DNA of 64,000 nt, from positions 1,440,001-1,504,000 of the forward strand of contig JBJMOW010000005.1 of the NCBI GenBank assembly GCA_045803545.1, in the 5' to 3' direction. The notes beneath the pieces are model-generated. The model saw only the letters and a program-made list of their open reading frames with translations, made no database searches and was not told the origin of the DNA. The translations under genes were made by a program, and so were the position numbers. This document shows positions 60,785 to 64,000 of the stretch, piece by piece (position 1 is the first letter of the stretch; every line of letters begins with the position of its first letter). The DNA is from Gemmatimonadaceae bacterium (GTDB taxonomy: Bacteria > Gemmatimonadota > Gemmatimonadetes > Gemmatimonadales > Gemmatimonadaceae).

Positions 60785-61644
60785 GGCATCAGCCGCTCCA
60801 CCCGCGTGACGAGAATGCCACTGGCGTCGAGAGCCTTGAGCGCACCGATCGTTTTGTAGACCGTTCCCGCGTCGACCACCGCGTGCACCGCCACGCGATC
60901 ACCGCCGTTGAGGATGTCGATCACCGTCGGACCGTTGATCCCAGGGATGACCTGCTTCACTGCATCGAGCGATCGCCGCGGCACATTTGCCATCAAGTAC
61001 CTCTTGCCGCGCGCTCTGACAACGGAATCGAGCGCCATAATGAGCGAATCGAGCGCCTCTCGCCGGTCGCGCTCGAACGCGGCGTCGCATCGCGTGACGA
61101 GGTGCGCGCGGGAGGAGAGCAACGTGCCGATCTCCCGCAGTCCGTTGACCTTGAGAGTCGAGCCAGTCGAGGTGATGTCGACGATGACGTCGGCGATGCC
61201 GAGCAGCGGCGCGATTTCCGCAGCGCCCGAGATCGGCACTATTACGACGTTCTGGTTTCGTTCCTGAAAGAATTCCCGCGTGACGTTGGGGAACGAAGTC
61301 GCAATGCGCATTTCCGGCGCGATGTCGTCGACGGTGATAATTGGACTGTCGTCGCGGACAGCGGCGACGAGTCGGCAATCGCCAAAGCCGAGATCGAGCC
61401 TTCGCTCGACGGGACGTCCCGATTCGCGCACCAGGTCCCAGCCGGTGACTCCAACGTCGGCGACACCGTCGGCAACGAATTCCGGAATGTCATTGGCCCG
61501 AACGAACAGCGCCTCGAACTCTCCGCCGAGTGATGCGGTAAGAGCCCGGTCGCTGCCTGATAGCACGGGCAGTCCGGCGTCTCTGAAGAGCTCGCGCGCA
61601 TCGTCAGCAAGCCGTCCTTTGTTTGGCAGCGCGATTCTAAGCAT
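60781..61644 (-). CDS. hisG: ATP phosphoribosyltransferase (long form)
   Basis: LRIALPNKGRL, LDLGFG.C, IVDITSTGSTL..NGL, C-terminal regulatory domain. Confidence 0.96.
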   Translation of the reverse strand: MLRIALPNKGRLADDARELFRDAGLPVLSGSDRALTASLGGEFEALFVRANDIPEFVADGVADVGVTGWDLVRESGRPVERRLDLGFGDCRLVAAVRDDSPIITVDDIAPEMRIATSFPNVTREFFQERNQNVVIVPISGAAEIAPLLGIADVIVDITSTGSTLKVNGLREIGTLLSSRAHLVTRCDAAFERDRREALDSLIMALDSVVRARGKRYLMANVPRRSLDAVKQVIPGINGPTVIDILNGGDRVAVHAVVDAGTVYKTIGALKALDASGILVTRVERLMP

Positions 61645-61679
61645 GGGAAGCGGGAAGCGGGAAGCGGGAAGCGGGAAGC
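61645..61679. repeat. Tandem heptamer (GGGAAGC)x5 directly upstream of the hisG start codon
   Basis: Read directly. Confidence 0.9.
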
Positions 61680-61708
61680 GGATAACGCGGCTACGAGAAT
61701 CGGGAAAT

Positions 61709-61735
61709 AAAAAACCCGTCCAGGAATCGGACGGG
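61709..61735 (-). terminator. his operon attenuator terminator
   Basis: mRNA CCCGUCC-GAUUCCU-GGACGGG-UUUUUU between the leader ORF and hisG. Confidence 0.85.
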
Positions 61736-61774
61736 CTGCGGAAGCTTTGTTAGTGGAGTCTGACTAGCTGATTT

Positions 61775-61864
61775 CTATAGTCTGACGTTCACGCGCAAGA
61801 GCGTCCGCGGCCCGAAATGGCCGTGGCGCGGGTGCGCATGGTTGGTGAAGGTGTTTGTCGTCAT
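61775..61864 (-). CDS. hisL: his operon leader peptide (29 aa)
   Basis: MTTNTFTNHAHPRHGHFGPRTLLRVNVRL; 4 His within 8 codons; followed by the terminator. Confidence 0.8.
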   Translation of the reverse strand: MTTNTFTNHAHPRHGHFGPRTLLRVNVRL

Positions 61865-61872
61865 TGACCAGC

Positions 61873-61901
61873 ATGTTAACCGGCGGGTGCGATCAGCGCA
61901 A
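61873..61901 (-). promoter_or_regulatory. Sigma70-like promoter for the his leader
   Basis: TTGCGC-17 nt-TAACAT, 8 nt before the leader ATG. Confidence 0.65.
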
Positions 61902-61917
61902 TAACCGGCGCGCTTTC

Positions 61918-62062
61918 CGTAAGGGACGACTCGTAACGGACGACTCGTAACGGGCGACCCGTAACCGGTAACCCGTAACGCGTTACCCGTTACCCGTTAC
62001 CCGTTACCCGTTACCCGCGTCCCGCTTCCCGCTTCCCGCTTCCCGCCTCCCGCCTCCCGCCT
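61918..62062. repeat. Composite heptamer-phase array: 14-mers CGTAACGGACGACT-like, then (CGTTACC)n, (CGCTTCC)n, (CGCCTCC)n
   Basis: Read directly. Confidence 0.9.
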
Positions 62063-62067
62063 CGCGC

Positions 62068-62096
62068 TTTACTTTTCCGCCGACATACTCTACCTT
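62068..62096 (+). promoter_or_regulatory. Sigma70-like promoter for the aro leader
   Basis: TTTACT-17 nt-TACCTT, 8 nt before the leader ATG. Confidence 0.6.
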
Positions 62097-62104
62097 CGGT
62101 GCAA

Positions 62105-62191
62105 ATGACCGCATTGTGGTTCGGAGTGACCTACTACGCTGGCTTTATCGGCTACTTGCCGATAGGGGGCCCCGGGTCGCGCGTGCGGTAA
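62105..62191 (+). CDS. Aromatic amino acid leader peptide (28 aa) of DAHP synthase
   Basis: MTALWFGVTYYAGFIGYLPIGGPGSRVR: 1 Trp, 2 Phe and 3 Tyr in codons 5-17. Confidence 0.8.
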   Translation: MTALWFGVTYYAGFIGYLPIGGPGSRVR

Positions 62192-62227
62192 ATAGCAACG
62201 AGCAGGAAAAAGCGCAGCAACACCACC

Positions 62228-62264
62228 AGGGCCTTCGCCGAACGCGGGGGCCCTTTCTCTTTTT
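62228..62264 (+). terminator. Attenuator terminator upstream of DAHP synthase
   Basis: AGGGCCTTCGC-CGAAC-GCGGGGGCCCT followed by TTCTCTTTTT. Confidence 0.8.
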
Positions 62265-62324
62265 CTATTTCGGCGCCCGCGAGAACGAGACCCGATCTCT
62301 CACCATCACTCGGGGATGTGTGTC

Positions 62325-63239
62325 ATGCCAGGAACGGAGTCGATTCTTCAGACGTCAGTCGCACGAACGCACGCGCATAACGCGCACAACGCGTCCGCCG
62401 CCGCGCGCGATCATGCGCGGCCGTACCGGCTGGCGGCGCACTCATCGCCCGCGCACGCGACTCGGCCGGTGCGCGTGAACGACAGCGTGACGATCGGTGG
62501 CGCGCAAATCACGGTCATTGCAGGACCGTGCTCCGTCGAAAATGGCGAGATGATCGTCGATGTCGCGAACCGCGTCCGGCAGCTCGGCGCGGTGATGCTG
62601 CGCGGCGGCGCTTTCAAGCCCCGCACTTCTCCGTATTCGTTCTCGGGACTCGGTGCATCGGCGCTCGAGCTGTTGGAGTTGGCGCGGAACGCGAGCACGC
62701 TCCCCGTCGTCACCGAGGTGATGGATACGCGACAGGTCGAGCTCGTCTCGCGCAGTGCCGACATGCTTCAGGTCGGCGCCCGCAACATGCAGAACTTTTC
62801 GCTGCTCGAGGAAGTCGGCAGAAGCAACAAGCCAGTGCTGCTGAAGCGTGGATTGTCGGCGACGACGACGGAGCTCCTGCTTGCCGCCGAGCACGTAATG
62901 GCGGCGGGCAACTCCAACGTCGTCCTGTGTGAGCGCGGAATCCGCACCTTCGAGACTTCGACGCGAAGCACGCTCGATGTTTCAGCGATTCCGGTGCTGA
63001 AGGAGGAGACGCACTTGCCGGTGATTGTCGATCCCAGTCACGCCGGCGGACGGGCGCGACTGGTGATTCCGCTGGCGCTGGCGAGCATCGCGGCCGGCGC
63101 CGACGGCATCATGGTGGAAGTGCACCCCGATCCGGAGTCAGCGCTGTCGGATGGAGAACAGTCGCTGACGATCGAGATGTTCGGCGAGCTGATGCGCGCG
63201 GCAGGACCCGTTGCCAGAGCTGTTGGGCGAACGCTTTAA
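62325..63239 (+). CDS. aroF: DAHP synthase, type I-beta
   Basis: IAGPCSVE, RGGAFKPRTSPYSF, QVGARNMQNF, LLKRG, ERGIRTF, DPSH, EVHPDP. Start 62316 or 62325. Confidence 0.95.
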   Translation: MPGTESILQTSVARTHAHNAHNASAAARDHARPYRLAAHSSPAHATRPVRVNDSVTIGGAQITVIAGPCSVENGEMIVDVANRVRQLGAVMLRGGAFKPRTSPYSFSGLGASALELLELARNASTLPVVTEVMDTRQVELVSRSADMLQVGARNMQNFSLLEEVGRSNKPVLLKRGLSATTTELLLAAEHVMAAGNSNVVLCERGIRTFETSTRSTLDVSAIPVLKEETHLPVIVDPSHAGGRARLVIPLALASIAAGADGIMVEVHPDPESALSDGEQSLTIEMFGELMRAAGPVARAVGRTL

Positions 63240-63246
63240 TCTCACT

Positions 63247-63344
63247 CCCGTGTTACGCGTAGCGCGTCACGGGTAACGCGTAACCGGTAACGCGTTACCC
63301 GTTACCCGTTACCCGCTTCCCGCTTCCCGCTTCCCGCTTCCCGC
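63247..63344. repeat. Palindrome plus (GTTACCC)n/(GCTTCCC)n heptamers at the convergent aroF/metX junction
   Basis: 63271-63300 is 28/30 self-complementary; the heptamers match the 61918-62062 array. Confidence 0.85.
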
Positions 63345-64000
63345 CTAGAATTTCGCGCAGCAGAGCGGTCACCTGGTCTGCTTCGAGCAAAAACCCATCG
63401 TGCCCCTTGAGCGATTGGATCTCCCGGTATTCCGCCCCCGCCTCTTCCGTCCACCGCTGGACATCGAGTACCGGATCGTAAAGCAGATCTCCAGGAATTC
63501 CAACTCCAATGATCCGCCCAGCGACCGGACGCAGCGCGCTCGCAACGCCGCCCCGACCACGACCGACATCATGACTGTCCATCGCGGCAAGGAGCGTGAG
63601 GTAGGTATACACATCGAAGCGCGCGCGAAGCTTCTCGCCCTGCCTCGACAGGTAGCGCTCCACCGCGAATCCTCCACCCTCCTGTTCGTCGCGCCCAAAC
63701 CGATCGGCGAGCTCGCCCGCGGTACGATACGTCATCATCGCGATCATGCGTGCGATCTCGAGACCCTCGTCACCCGCAGTTGCGATTGCGCGGCGCTGGA
63801 TGTGACTCCAGGCGATCGCCGATGCTGGATGCTCGGCGGGCGCAGCGAGAACGACGACGTTACGCGCGAGCGCGGGGTACGTCGCCGCGAACTCCATTGC
63901 CACCATTCCACCCAGTGAGCCGCCGATCGCCAGCGCCACCGACGGCACGTGCAGCGATTCCACCAGCTGTCCCACAAGCCGAGCCATGTCGCGCGTTGTC
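63295..64000 (-). CDS. metX: Homoserine O-acetyltransferase (MetX family), C-terminal part
   Basis: IGGSLGGM nucleophile elbow, AR.IAM.TYR, YL..QG.K...RFD, GHDGFL. Confidence 0.88.
   Translation of the reverse strand, partial: TTRDMARLVGQLVESLHVPSVALAIGGSLGGMVAMEFAATYPALARNVVVLAAPAEHPASAIAWSHIQRRAIATAGDEGLEIARMIAMMTYRTAGELADRFGRDEQEGGGFAVERYLSRQGEKLRARFDVYTYLTLLAAMDSHDVGRGRGGVASALRPVAGRIIGVGIPGDLLYDPVLDVQRWTEEAGAEYREIQSLKGHDGFLLEADQVTALLREILGGKREAGSGKRVTGNG

Noticed and set aside
61918..62062. CRISPR array
   Set aside because: 7/14-nt tandem units without unique spacers; no cas genes

Overview
GC-rich bacterial chromosome segment. The gene repertoire (many Ser/Thr kinase-TPR and kinase-PD40 receptors, BTAD activators, a pilin-type domain) suggests Gemmatimonadota, which is my inference. 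Layout: (1) 0.4-13.5 kb, accessory secreted and signalling genes. (2) ~13.7-23.8 kb, a visibly lower-GC defence island: DUF262-HNH (GmrSD-like), a HEPN-motif protein, a three-gene operon [IrrE/ImmA peptidase-macrodomain] > [NMP kinase fused to a PurZ/PurZ0-like adenylosuccinate-synthetase homologue] > [DarT-like ADP-ribosyltransferase], and a C5-methyltransferase / two-nuclease / Vsr cluster. (3) tRNA-Gln(CUG) at 26.1 kb. (4) 26.7-54 kb, a cluster of modular transmembrane receptors and secreted proteins. (5) A complete his operon and a divergent DAHP synthase gene, each preceded by an unannotated leader peptide and attenuator, separated by heptamer repeats, followed by partial metX. The strongest candidate for an undescribed system is the DarTG-like module with an embedded kinase-PurZ0-like enzyme. 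Next are the back-to-back, apparently leaderless His and Trp/Phe/Tyr attenuators. Three single-base frameshifts and two missing start codons may be assembly errors. All family assignments come from motif recognition, not database searches.
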